64,000 nucleotides of DNA from Marsupella aquatica. Its lineage: Eukaryota > Plantae > Marchantiophyta. Below, in pieces: positions 11,084 through 22,585 of the stretch. The stretch covers positions 10,483,660 through 10,547,659 of the forward strand of contig OZ316893.1 in assembly GCA_973895155.1 (NCBI GenBank), written 5' to 3'. Position 1 is the stretch's first letter. Each line of letters starts with the position of its first letter. Both the position numbers and the translations under genes were made by a program. The notes beneath the pieces are model-generated. The model did not search any database. It had not been told where the DNA came from and worked only from the letters and a program-made list of their open reading frames with translations.

Positions 11084-14041
11084 ATGGTGCCCCATGCCAA
11101 GAAACTAACATTGGCAAAGGAGGGACAACATTTTTGATACCGTGTAGGCGAGCAGGGGAACCACGTATTCAAGTGTATATGCGCCGGTCATGCTCCTTGC
11201 GGTTTCTCTTCGTTCAAGTCGTTTCAGACTCACTTGAGCACCAAGCATGGCCGAAAACTCCCTGCTGATTTGTTGGAGCCAGGCCTGCCTTGGTTGAGTT
11301 CAAAACTCAACACCTCTCATCCCGCCAAGAAACCATGAAAATGCAGCAGCAGCATTGGTAAGAAGACGGAAGGTGCGTCATGGATTCGATTGCGGTCGAC
11401 TGCCAAGCTAAGATGGCAAATGACAAAGCAGCGCAAAAAGAATCAACTAAAGGTGGACTATTGCGTTTCAGTTCTGGGGAAGAAGGAGCCATCGGTTCCA
11501 TCGAAATCGATGCTTGTTCATCTCATTAAGGTCTACCACATTCGTCCGAAGGAGAAGAGTGGCAGGGGCTGCTTGGTAGACGACAATTTCTTTGAGATGT
11601 TACAGGAGCATGTCAGCTCTGCTCCCATCACCAATGCTGTGTATCACTAGGCCGAGCATGTGCAGCAATTGCCTGCTCAGTTGCCTGTGGATCAAAAGTT
11701 GCATGCTTTGTAGGTTGGTTGTCGACTATTATAGGTACTTTTTCCGCTGAGAGATGTCCCTACCCAGTCTGTCCAACCTTTAGCAGGTGAGGAGAGTAGA
11801 GAACTCATTGTTGCAGACGCCTTGGAGTTTTTATGGAAGAAAAGGGAAAGTCTGTTGTGGAAAGTCGGAGCAAAAGAAATCGATTTTGACCATGCCTATC
11901 CAGACTATGTGAAGTGGAAAAAGGAGCAGAAGCATCTGTCAATTGCCACAGCCGGTCGGAATTGTGTGAAAGATTACACAAGTGATGGCATGTCACAAGA
12001 AGAAGCAGAGGCAGCGGTACATAACACAATCATTTTACTTGCCTTTGCATTGTTGTGTATACTTCGCGCACAATGTTTACACCAATTTTCATATTGCAGG
12101 CTGGAGTTCACGAAGTGTGGGTTGATACCTTAGATGAGGAGGGGTACGAGCCCACCCCTGACAAGTGGGGATTAGATTATCATGAGTCCTCTGATGAAGA
12201 AGACGCAGCAGAGGTATAGTTCCTCTTCCCCTTCTGCCAATGATTTTTTCTGAATCTGCAGAGTTTGACAACATTGACCGGAATGTCTACAAAACTTCAG
12301 GTTCCTTTGAATGACGAAGCTGAAGCCAAAGAATCAGGGAAGAAAGGAAAGCCACGCAGGAAGCCAAACGAACCCAAGAAGCAGCCTCCACAGAAAATTA
12401 CGCCTCCTGTTGACACTCAGGAAGCCAATGAGGTAAAATTTGCACTTCCAATGTAATTATCCCATTTGTATACCGTGATATCAATGTATGCACGAGTGTA
12501 TGCACGATGGTTTAGTGCTCTTAGCCCGAGTATTGCTTTTTCAGATTCCTCCCAACAAAGGAGCCGAAGCCAACGTACCAATCAAAGCGGAAAACAAAAA
12601 GAACCAAGAAATCTGTAGAGCCACCACCGAAAGGCAACACCACCCTTCCCGTAGATTCTCAGCAAGCTAACCAAGTAACATTTACAGATGAAAGTTCTTT
12701 GCAACATGTGTAAACAGTGTGGAGAACGTTTCCTGTTTTAACAACACTGCAAGTTCAAGAGTAGGACATTATGTTGAATACCATGATGTTAATGTATACT
12801 CACTGTTTGAATGCGCCTGTACCTTGAGTACTGCATTTTAGGTTCCTGAATCCCATGAAGGACCTACGCCCGAACAATCTGTAGAGCCACCACCGAATGG
12901 CAACACCACCCTTCCCGTAGATTCTCAGCAAGCTGACCAGGTAACGTTTATAGATGAAAGTTCTTTGCAACATCTGTAAACAGTGTGGAGAACGTTTCCT
13001 ATTTTATCAACACTGCAAGTTCAAGAGTAGGACACCAATGTTATGTTGTATACCATGATGTTAATGTATACTTACTATTTGAATGTGCCTGTACTCTGAG
13101 TACTGCATTTTAGGTTCCTGAATCCCATGAGGGACCTACACCCGAACAATCTAAGAGGAAATCAAAGAGAACCAAGAAATCTGTACAACCACAGAAGCCC
13201 GCGCCTGAGGTAAGCGTGTTTTCAATAGGCCAAGGAGGAACATTCCAGGGTAGACAGTGGTAAAAATGTATTCTATGTGTACTTATTTGATTTAAACATG
13301 CAATCACCTTAGTTTGCAATGACAGGGACCAAAGGAAGGAGAGCAAGCAATGGCACCCTCAGAGACAGAAAAAAGTGAACCTAGACGTTCAAAGAGGAAG
13401 CAAACAACTGCTCCCACCGAAGAGAAAATTGCCCAAACAAAAAGAAAGGCCAGAACTAAAACCAAGGTAAGTACAAATCATTGTGTACTATGTGGCCATA
13501 TTGTATATGGACTAAACACATGATTCGCTTGATACTGATTTCAGCCTTGCAATTGCAGGATTCATCTAAACAAGTCCAGGATGTCAATGCACAACTAGCA
13601 CCAGAGGGAGGCAACACTATTGAAACTTAGGGTACTGCCCTTCCACCGAATGTGTCTGCAATCCCATCAGGAGAGGTGACTGCACCGGTAGGGAGCACAC
13701 CTTCTGTAATTGACTTTGGTGGCATGATTGATTGGTAAGATGTGTTTCTTTGCTGATTGCTTTCATATGTGAATTTGCAGGAGTACCAGAAACCACCTGA
13801 TGTGCAACCAGACCCATATGCAAGTAGACGTCGGAGAAAATTGACAGTTCGTGGGCCATTGGGCAAGGCGCAAAGTGAATTTGTAATCCCGGGGTCTGTA
13901 CCACAAGAGGTCACTGTGCAGGAGGATGATATTTTGGATTCCTTGCACGCATCACAAATTCTCCAAGACTGTAGCCAGGCTGATGTTACCTCTTTTCACA
14001 AGGCAATCGATAAAATGATTAGAAATGTGGATGAAGTTTAG
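11084..14041 (+). pseudogene. MULE accessory gene: N-terminal C2H2-like zinc finger and low-complexity multi-exon C-terminus, inactivated by nonsense mutations
   Basis: A single frame runs 11084 to ~12016 (it includes ORFs 11390 and 11822) with FKCICAGHAPCGFSSFKSFQTHLSTKH at 11168-11248 and five stops (TGA/TAG). Downstream are GT-AG-bounded Lys/Pro/Glu-rich exons; exon structure is approximate. Confidence 0.6.
12600..13155 (+). repeat. Tandem duplication (~270 bp) of an exon+intron unit within the accessory gene
   Basis: AATCTGTAGAGCCACCACCGAA..GTAGATTCTCAGCAAGCT..GTAAC..GAGTACTGCATTTTAGGTTCCTGAATCCCATGA repeated at ~12610 and ~12876, with a partial copy at ~13110. Confidence 0.85.
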
Positions 14042-14284
14042 GGTACAATTAGCAATATCCGAGGGATAGTCTAGGGTACCTACCCTGTTTTGTCACCAAT
14101 GTGTTCATGATAATAAATATGAAATGTTCCTGCATTTCTTGCTCTCTTTCAAGACTATATAACATGATCTATTCCAAAAATGGTCATAGTAGATTTGTGT
14201 CTGGGATACAATATTTATGTTGTATTCACATTTTCTCTGACTTTACGACGAAGATGCCCCATTGTCGAATCCTTCCCACTGACT

Positions 14285-14680
14285 AAGACGCCCCCCGCCG
14301 AAGCCCAAATGGACAAAACCTACGGAATTGGAACACAAAAAACCCTTTTTCATGTATACAATTTGGACGTTGTATTCAGATTTCACACTTGGAAAAAAAA
14401 AATTGTCCCTCCGACTTTACGAACACGCCCTCCGCCGAAGCCTGCCCAAATGGACAAAACCTATGGAGTCTCAACATAGAAATACCTTTTTCATGTATAC
14501 ACTTTGGACATTGTATTCAGATTTCACACTTGGAAAAAAAAATTGTCCCTCCGACTTTACGAAACATGCCCTCCGCCGAAGCCTGCCCAAATGGACAAAA
14601 CCTATGGAGTTTCAACATAGAAATACCTTTTTCATGTATACACTTTGCACGTTGTATTCATAATTCACAGTTACAAAAAA
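14285..14680 (+). repeat. ~141-bp tandem repeat array (about 3 units) between the convergent MULE genes
   Basis: Core CCGCCGAAGCCTGCCCAAATGGACAAAACCTA at 14432 and 14573, with a slightly shortened variant at ~14295. Confidence 0.9.
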
Positions 14681-15179
14681 ATTCATTCACTTGAACTTTA
14701 CAAAGACAATCGGGCCTAAATGGAAAAAAGCATGCCATATTCAACACTTTAATAATCATACAGCACATGCACCATGGAAGGCGTACTCAGACCTAACAAT
14801 TGCAAATAAAAGGCTTCACTCCTCATTGGATGGAATACAACATCCACTTTGTAACAATTTGAACTCATTCAAGGTAGTGTTTAGGTCCATGCACAAATGT
14901 GCCCTACTACCATCTAACTTCCCAATATAGTGAATAGTAGACTGTGATGTATATGTCTATTCTGTGATATCTACTTCATGAGGTAGCCCAAAATAAGGGC
15001 AATTATCAGCAGCTTCTTCAGCAAGTTTAGTGATGCGCCGTGCCCACTCATAATCCAAGGAGTTTTGAATGATTGGAAGGCATAGTACCACTGCCTATTG
15101 TTGGTGCTCCAACGGTGACAAGCCACTCACTTTCTCCAGCATTGTTCACATTGTCATGCTCTTCCCCTTCCACCTGCGC

Positions 15180-18100
15180 ATTACAATAACACTAGAATAA
15201 GTAAACAAATTCTTATGAAACTAGGACTTTTATATGGACCTTCTCTGTCTTGCAACATTATAACATTTGGTACCTGCTCATCATCTTCAGTTGCTTGGGC
15301 AACTGAAACTTCTTTGCAAGATCGTTTGTTGTGGCCAACCTTTCCGCACCTGCTGCACATACACTTTACATTACCCCGCTTCCTTTTCTTAGGTAGGATC
15401 TCAACCATTGGGAGGCCACTCGCAGATTTTGCACTTGGAAATGGAATGCCTCTCTCATTGTCATCATCCATTGGATATCTGAGACACAACCTTCCTGTTG
15501 GATCAAGATGGAGGTCCTCCCCATTCCCTAAAGCCCTGGAATGAGTTTCCCCATGAATTCTTACCATTCTATGTCGCCCATGGATTCACTATAGCAGGCT
15601 CTGGAGCATGACAACTTAAGCTCAATGGAAGGTGAGTGGAAACAAAGCTAGGTAATACACCATCATAAAGTAAAACCAAAGACTGTGTCCGCCAGCATTT
15701 ATGAAAATGCCTAGCCGGATTCTTTCCTGTTTCATCATCCCATGCCAGCATATGTTGGCATGGCCAAACCATCTCCTGCAGCTCCATGCAAGTGCACTTT
15801 GGTTTTGGTGACAAAGTGACAAGATACTCCTCACTCCCTGTTGTAGTCTGAATTTTTGGCACTGGATTGACCATCACTGAATACCTGTAGCATGACAGTC
15901 TGAAATATGAAGCGTGAGACAATCCATCCTCCACATGTGGTGAAAATGTTTGTTACAAAAGGAAAAGAAAGAGCCAATTTGCACCTGGAATTGTTGGAAG
16001 TTCTGCAAGTTGGTATTGTATCGTAGTTGTGCTGGTTTTGACAGTGGTTCTTGTCTGCATGCAACCTCTATTCTCCTGTCTTTAAACTTTTGTTGAATGT
16101 ACACCCAAAGAGCCACCAACAACTTTCCAGGTGCTAGCAGACGGAATGGTAATAATCCAGAATTTGCTTGCTCGGCTGGATTACTTGTGACCTTACCCAT
16201 GCGAGGGAGTGGGAATGCATGCCTGGCATAACATTTCACATCCAGACCGCGGATGTAATGTGCTGCATCAACTCCCTTGCCGGCTATCAATGAACCAGAC
16301 AGTCGATCTAGCACAGACTCATATCTGAATTGAAAGAGACAAAATACATGAGTGACAATGTTTACAGAGATAGAATAATCAAGCACAATGTCAAAATATA
16401 TAGAATACATCAAGCACAATGTCTGAATAGGCAAATTGCTTTCATATTGGTCCTAGTGAGTGTATTTACTTACTGGTGCACATCATTGGCATAGACACAT
16501 CCGTAGAAGAATTCACTTGCTGTTCTACCATGCCTGGTCTTCACGTTTGCCCTCAAATGATTTGCGCACTGTGCATGGATCTTTCCTACTGTCCAAAAAT
16601 AATAAATTAGATTTTGTACTCCAGTTAGCACAGTATCATCATAACTCTCAAATTTGACAGAATTAAGCAATCTAAGTGTGGAAGGGTGTTACCTGGCCAA
16701 ATCTGACTTACAGCAGCAATGAGACCCTTTTGACGATCTGACATGATGACAATGTCTTGACTACCAATGCCATATACAGCTCTGTCCATTAATTCTAGAA
16801 ACCAAAGCCAGTTCTCTATGTTTTCAACTGGTGCTACTCCATAGCAAAGTATGACACCGTTTGAGTTCCCATCCAGGCATGTACTAGCTAAAAATAATTG
16901 AGTTGGATATTTTCTATTCTTGGTGTGACAAGCATCTAAACTAACCATCGGCTGAGTATAGTTAAGTGCTTTCCTGGTGGCAGATGGACATATGAATGCT
17001 CTGCAAAAAATGGTGGAATCCTCCATGGTGCACCAATGTGCAACACAACCAGGGTCTGTCTCCCGAATCCTGTCAATCAGTGCTGGGATCATCTGAAAAG
17101 ATGAATTCTGTGAGCCAGCGGTCCAATGCCCTACAAGATCTTTTCCCCGCCACATTTGCTGGTAGTTACTTCCTCGCTTGTAGTCACCTTGGAAACCAGA
17201 CAGCAATTCCTTCACAGGCATTTTCAGATTTCTGATGATTCTTGGAGCCAATGTTACCCCCAACCATGCAAACTTGTGAGTAGGAGCTCTCCACTTGTGA
17301 ATGTGAGCAGCACAAGTATGTGTTAGTTCACATACAGTGATAATATGACCCCCACCCTTCACTCTACTGCAACGTACTCTGAAAGGACATTCCTCCTCTG
17401 AGTAAAGCAAGTCTTCTGGTCCTGGTTGAGAGGGCTTAGATCTGGACAACTGTCCACAAGCTCCAGTTGCAGATGGCTTCCTAGTTTTCTGTTGACCACG
17501 TTTACGTGGGTGTTGCGAACCAGGTAACCAAACGCTAGTGTGTTGGACTATGGACTTTGGTCTATTGTGCACAACTCTTCCTTGTGTAGACAAAACAGTA
17601 TTTCTGTGCACAGTTTGTTGTACAGATATAGGTGCATTTTGGTGCACGGATTGTTGTGTAGACAATGACACATTTGTCTACATGGTGTTCGCTTGAATGG
17701 CTGAAAGCGGTGCACGAGGTTGCTGACGAGCAAGAGTGATCTGATTAATGGCATTATGAAATTGACGATCTTCAATCTGCAAAACCCCATGATTGTACAC
17801 ACCAAGAATTTGAGCAAGTGATTGTAGGATGTCCCAAAATAAAAAAAGGTGTGGCATTGGTGGCAGTGACAGCGGTAGCACACACCTCTGCTTGACTACG
17901 ATATCTATTCTCTTGTTGTGTAGTTTGCTGCAATGTCTGAGACCTTGGTCCTTTCGATCGTCTTCCACTCCAATGGCCATATTTGCTATGAAACTCATGC
18001 TCACCTTCTGACTCTTCATCCTCTTCCTCAAATTGAAGCTGCCACTGGTTTGGTTCCTCCGTAGCATGTGAACCAATGCTGTCATTGTCACCATGGTCAT

Positions 18101-18645
18101 CACAAGCTGCCTCATCATCGACTACCTGTTTCGATCTAGCAATCTTTCCAACCTGCATACACGAATACATCGATTTGCAAACGTCTTGTATCTGGACATG
18201 GCTCAACCATTCATCACAGCCAGAGAATCTAGGCACCGATCAAACTCTTCAAAGCTATTGAAGTGCTCTCCCAACTTGATTCGAGCAGCCTCTACTACCA
18301 CTGTAACAGAGGAAGACATGTCATCACGTTAATATGTATACAATGACATCAATGTTCATGTGCGGAAGCTACATGCCTGGATGGGAACTCAAACGGTGTC
18401 ATACTTTCAAATCACATTGGACTGACACACATTGTATGAAAATAAGAAATGTCCAGACAATCTGATGGCACCTTCTTCAGTAGTTCTGCCATCCAATATC
18501 CTCGGGGGGTTCTCAACATTCTTTCGAGCCCTCTGACGTTCTTGTGTGTCTTGCGTTTGTGCCCTCTCATGATAGGGGACATTGACTTCCCAAACATCAC
18601 CTCTGGTCCACAAATGCATGAGTCATTGTCCTCCATGCCTGACAC
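15180..18645 (-). pseudogene. MuDR-family transposase (MULE DDE, SWIM and CCHC domains), multi-exon, with lesions
   Basis: CPFRVR..HTC; PMVSLDACHTK..LDGNSNGVILCYGVAPVENIENWLWFL..VIMSDRQKGLIAAV; HAQCANHLRANVK; TSNPAEQANS; SWIM CTCMELQEMVWPCQH; knuckle CSRCGKVGHNKRSC. Frameshift near 15570; 5' and 3' ends approximate. Confidence 0.9.
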
Positions 18646-20400
18646 TGTCCCTCTAAGCGTACTTTACACATTAGGGGAGTGGAAACACTCACGACCCTGC
18701 CATGCGAGCTCATGCGCAAAGCATGTGCACAAAAAAAGTGTCGTGTGAAATGACAGGTACGTGCAAAAGTTCTGTAACATGTCAGTGATTTGGCGGGTCA
18801 TCCTCTGAAAACATTATCCACCCTGTATTCTATTCAAGATATAAGCATGTTTAGCTTTTTCGCGCCTAAGCCAACTGTTACTCCAAACCCTAATTTGTTT
18901 AACTATATATAATCTAATACATTTTTTATACATGGATGTAAATGTCTACACTGCTTTGTATATGTTGTGGTTGCACTATGCTTGGTTCATCCAACATTGT
19001 GGTCATTGTATACAGTGATGTCAATGTATACATGATCTAACTATGAGGCTCTATTTCATTGTGCGGCCGCACAACATAAGGTTTGTTTGACATCACGGTT
19101 CATGTTTGTACGCATTGTTGTCAATGTCTACATTGCGGGATACATTGATTCACTCGGAACTGTGATCGTAGTCAACCGCATTCGGCGACGCGGTCGGACA
19201 CTGAAGAACAGTAGAACATGCTGCGTTTTACAGTGACAATCTCGCGTTATAAGAACTGCACAATGTGTTAGAAGAACATATCACACGAAATGGTACCTCT
19301 GGTGGGCCCAGAGGTCCACTGGGAGGGCGTGGGAAACTTTTGGTCCATTAAGAGAGAAAGTTGCATTTGGAGGTCCACTAAGTATATCTCTCCTTGTGTC
19401 CCTCACATTAGTAACTAATCAACGGACATTTTGTTCACTCTGCGATTGGTTATATTTGTACCGTTTCATTTCTTCACACCAGTTGTTTTATTTTGTTCTT
19501 TCACTGCCTTGTTCGTGCTTCTATTTGCTGGATCCTTACGCCAGTTACACCACTCACACAGTAATATTCTGTATACAGCATATCATATATTCAAATCCAA
19601 AATGATGGCCCTTTTCTTTACCGACACTACTAAAATTAAATTACTGTCACCTGAAAGAAATATAAAAGAGCTCCTAGACCAAAAGTCAATGCTGTAGTGT
19701 GGGACCAGTTGCAAAGAAGCATTTTTATATAGAGTTTAATAATATTTTATTCCTTTCTAATTTTTATAGAGAATATATTGCAGATGATTGTACATTACAG
19801 AACCCAATGTGATAGTAAACAGTATAAAATGTACGAAATATGTGCTATGTATTCACAAGCAAAGGAGGGTCTAGACAAAAAAAAAAGTTACCCTTACTTG
19901 ACAGTCAACAGTCTACAATGTACCATATGCACTTTGTAGTCACAAGCAGCTGAGGCTCTAGACAAAAAGGTTGTCTATCAGTAGGCTGTTTGTCAGTGTG
20001 TCCATGTGCACGGCCAATTCCTGGGTGGAAGGGAATCGGGGAAAGAGAGAAGGGGTGGCGAAGCCGGTCAAATATTCAGGGTGAAAAACACTTGGAAATG
20101 CATGTATTACACTTGGACTCCACTGCCGGCACGCACTTGGATTTTGTAAAACAAATCAGGTGTCAAGAGCTTTTCTCTAAACCCCTCTTTCTATCGGTGG
20201 GGTTTGTGTCAGAAGGATTGCACCTCAGGGAGTCAGGGGGCTTTAAACAGCCCAAGGTTTGACAGTGCCATTAATGCAATTCCATGGATGTCGCCCCAAA
20301 TGGTCAATGGTGCACACTGGTGATGATATGAGCTGGCAGGGACCCCAGCAGCAGGCAGAACTGTAAGGGCCAACTCGCATGTAAGGGGTCTACCCTTTGT

Positions 20401-20445
20401 GGCCCTAAAATTGACGTGGCCCTAAAATTGACGTGGCCCTAAAAT
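20401..20445 (+). repeat. 17-bp tandem repeat (GGCCCTAAAATTGACGT), ~2.6 copies
   Basis: Direct inspection. Confidence 0.8.
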
Positions 20446-21407
20446 TAGTGCATAAGAGAAAAATGCTATCACCTCCTCCCCTGCCAGTTTAGGGTCCTTG
20501 CAAGTCCCGACCTGTTTAAACCCTGTCCTTACGGCAGAAACTTGGCAAATCAAAAGGCAAGGCCGTAAATTTTCCGGCCCTTGCAAGTCCCGACCTCAAC
20601 TTCCACAGAAAACAAATGCCCTAAAGTAACACAATCATATTGCGACAGTCTGCCATTGCAAGTTTTGCCGTAGTGCACATGACATGTAGTGAGGACAAAG
20701 ATTGACTCGTTAATGTAGAGATTCAATTGTCCTGAAGTGTTGCAAGGGTAAATGGCCACAACACACAAGGCCACTCACATTTTGGCCCTAAACCAGACAA
20801 GGTTGGGGTTCGACCCCGGTCTTGAGTCCACAGGCACAAGTTCAGAGAGCTCAGCATTGGTCCCATGGCCAGATCACATTGGCTAGAGTGCTGCAGCATG
20901 GGGGGCATGGAGGCCACTGACTTAACAAGGAAAATAATGAACTCCCCTAACTGTTGAGTGATTATATGCATTACTTTTGGTATACATTTTACATAAAAAA
21001 TAACATATCCCTCTCTCACCTGGACTTGAGGGGACTAGTAACTGAAAGTATGTGTGTATATCATAAGTGGAAATTATTTACTCATTGTTGGTTCCTACAA
21101 ATTATATGTGTTACATCATAGTAGGTAGTGGAAACACTCAAGTGTATTTAATTTTGAGGTCTCAAGTTTATGTCAAATCTCGGTCTCATCAAGTATGAGT
21201 GAGATGTTTTACGCAATTGGTTACCCCTCATAGAGATGCCCTGTCAATGACCATATATTGTGTGCACTCATTGATCTAGGGAAATAAATGAGGTTTATCA
21301 TGGTATGGAGTGATCTCGTACACCATATATATATATCATATTTTGATGTGCAATTACCGGGACCCATAGAGATGGGCTCTAAAAATTTTGCGTAAAGGAA
21401 TAGAGAA

Positions 21408-22122
21408 GGGATATACTTAATGGACTTCCAAATGCAACTTTTTTACTTAACAGACCAAAAGTTTCACATACTCTCCCAGTGGACCTCTGGGCTCACCAGA
21501 GGTACCAATTTGAGTGAGATGTTCTTCTAACGCACTGTGCAGTCCTTATAACAAGAAATTGTCATTGTAAACTATTTCCTTTGTATTTTGAATATTAAAG
21601 TGACAATCTATTCTAAAAAGTTGAGACTGAGGCTAGGGCACAAAGGCACTTGTGTGCTCTAATGCCGCCGCAAACTTGTCCAATTGTAGTTTGAATACAA
21701 TAGCCACATTGTAATCAACAAAACTAGGAAGCCATGGAGCTGTGGCGCTACGGTGCTCCATTGCGGCCAGGGGCTACGGCGCTTGTGCAATCCACACACT
21801 GCGGTGTTATCATCGGCCTATTACACATGACCAACCACGGTGTCCACAGGGTACGTCATGGACCTGAACTAGGTGGTAAAGTTTCCTATTACACATGACC
21901 AACCACGGTGTCCACAGGGTACGTCATGGACCTGAACTAGGTGGTAAAGTTTCCTATTACACATGACCAACCACGGTGTCCACAGGGTACGTCATGGACC
22001 TGAACTAGGTGGTAAAGTTTTTCACGTACAGGAACATTGTTATACAAAGTAGGCCCGCAGGTCCATTGGGAGGGAATCTGAAACTTTGGGTCTCTAAAGT
22101 AAATCCACTAAGTATATCTCTC
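21408..22122 (-). mobile_element. Non-autonomous (~715 bp) deletion derivative of the same MULE family, inverted orientation
   Basis: Left part matches the reverse complement of 19230-19392. Right part matches the reverse complement of 8951-9380 and ends CACTAAGTATATCTCTC. No clear TSD. Confidence 0.85.
21817..22020 (+). repeat. Perfect 68-bp tandem repeat, 3 copies
   Basis: CCTATTACACATGACCAACCACGGTGTCCACAGGGTACGTCATGGACCTGAACTAGGTGGTAAAGTTT starting at 21817, 21885 and 21953. Confidence 0.95.
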
Positions 22123-22419
22123 AGTATTGAGAGAATTTTAAATGGGTCAATATAAATGTTTATTAGAAAAATTAATGGGGTATAGAATCAAAAAATTGAG
22201 TATCCAGACAGGGAGAAATTTTAGGTGGTGGAAACACTCAAGTGCAGTTATTAGGTCTCAACTGAATAGTATGAGTGAGATCTTTGACACGATTGGTTGG
22301 TCCTCCTCCTCAAGGTGGGCCCTACAAAACTGGATACAGATATAAAGATAATTTAAAAGTTGTAAACAGGCATCCCCATAATTGCATATCAAAAAATTGC
22401 AGCCATATTTGTATGGCAA

Positions 22420-22585
22420 ATAACACTCAATGATATAAGAGAACAGCACACATGTGTAGAACAAACAACACTCAATGATATAAGTGAACAGCAGCCGTGT
22501 AGGTAGAACAAACAACACTCAATGATATAAGAGAACAGCACCCATATATGTAAAACAAACAACACTCAATCACGTAAGACAACAG
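22420..22585 (+). repeat. ~46-bp minisatellite, ~3.5 copies
   Basis: AACACTCAATGATATAAGAGAACAGCA..AACAAAC units. Confidence 0.8.

Larger units (their letters stand above)
8951..19392. mobile_element. Full-length Mutator-like element (MULE), 10.4 kb, with transposase and two accessory genes
   Basis: ~78-bp TIRs GAGAGATATACTTAGTGGACCTCCAAATGCAAC... at 8951-9028 and 19313-19392. Perfect 10-bp TSD CTTGTGTCCC at 8941-8950 and 19393-19402. Internal MuDR transposase exons. Confidence 0.95.

Noticed and set aside
20795-20895. tRNA/SINE-like B-box (GGGGTTCGACCCC)
   Set aside because: No cloverleaf, tail or TSD could be established.
22420-22585. Repeat-spacer-like pattern resembling a CRISPR array
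   Set aside because: The variable parts are short and mutually similar, there are no cas genes, and the context is eukaryotic; it is a minisatellite.
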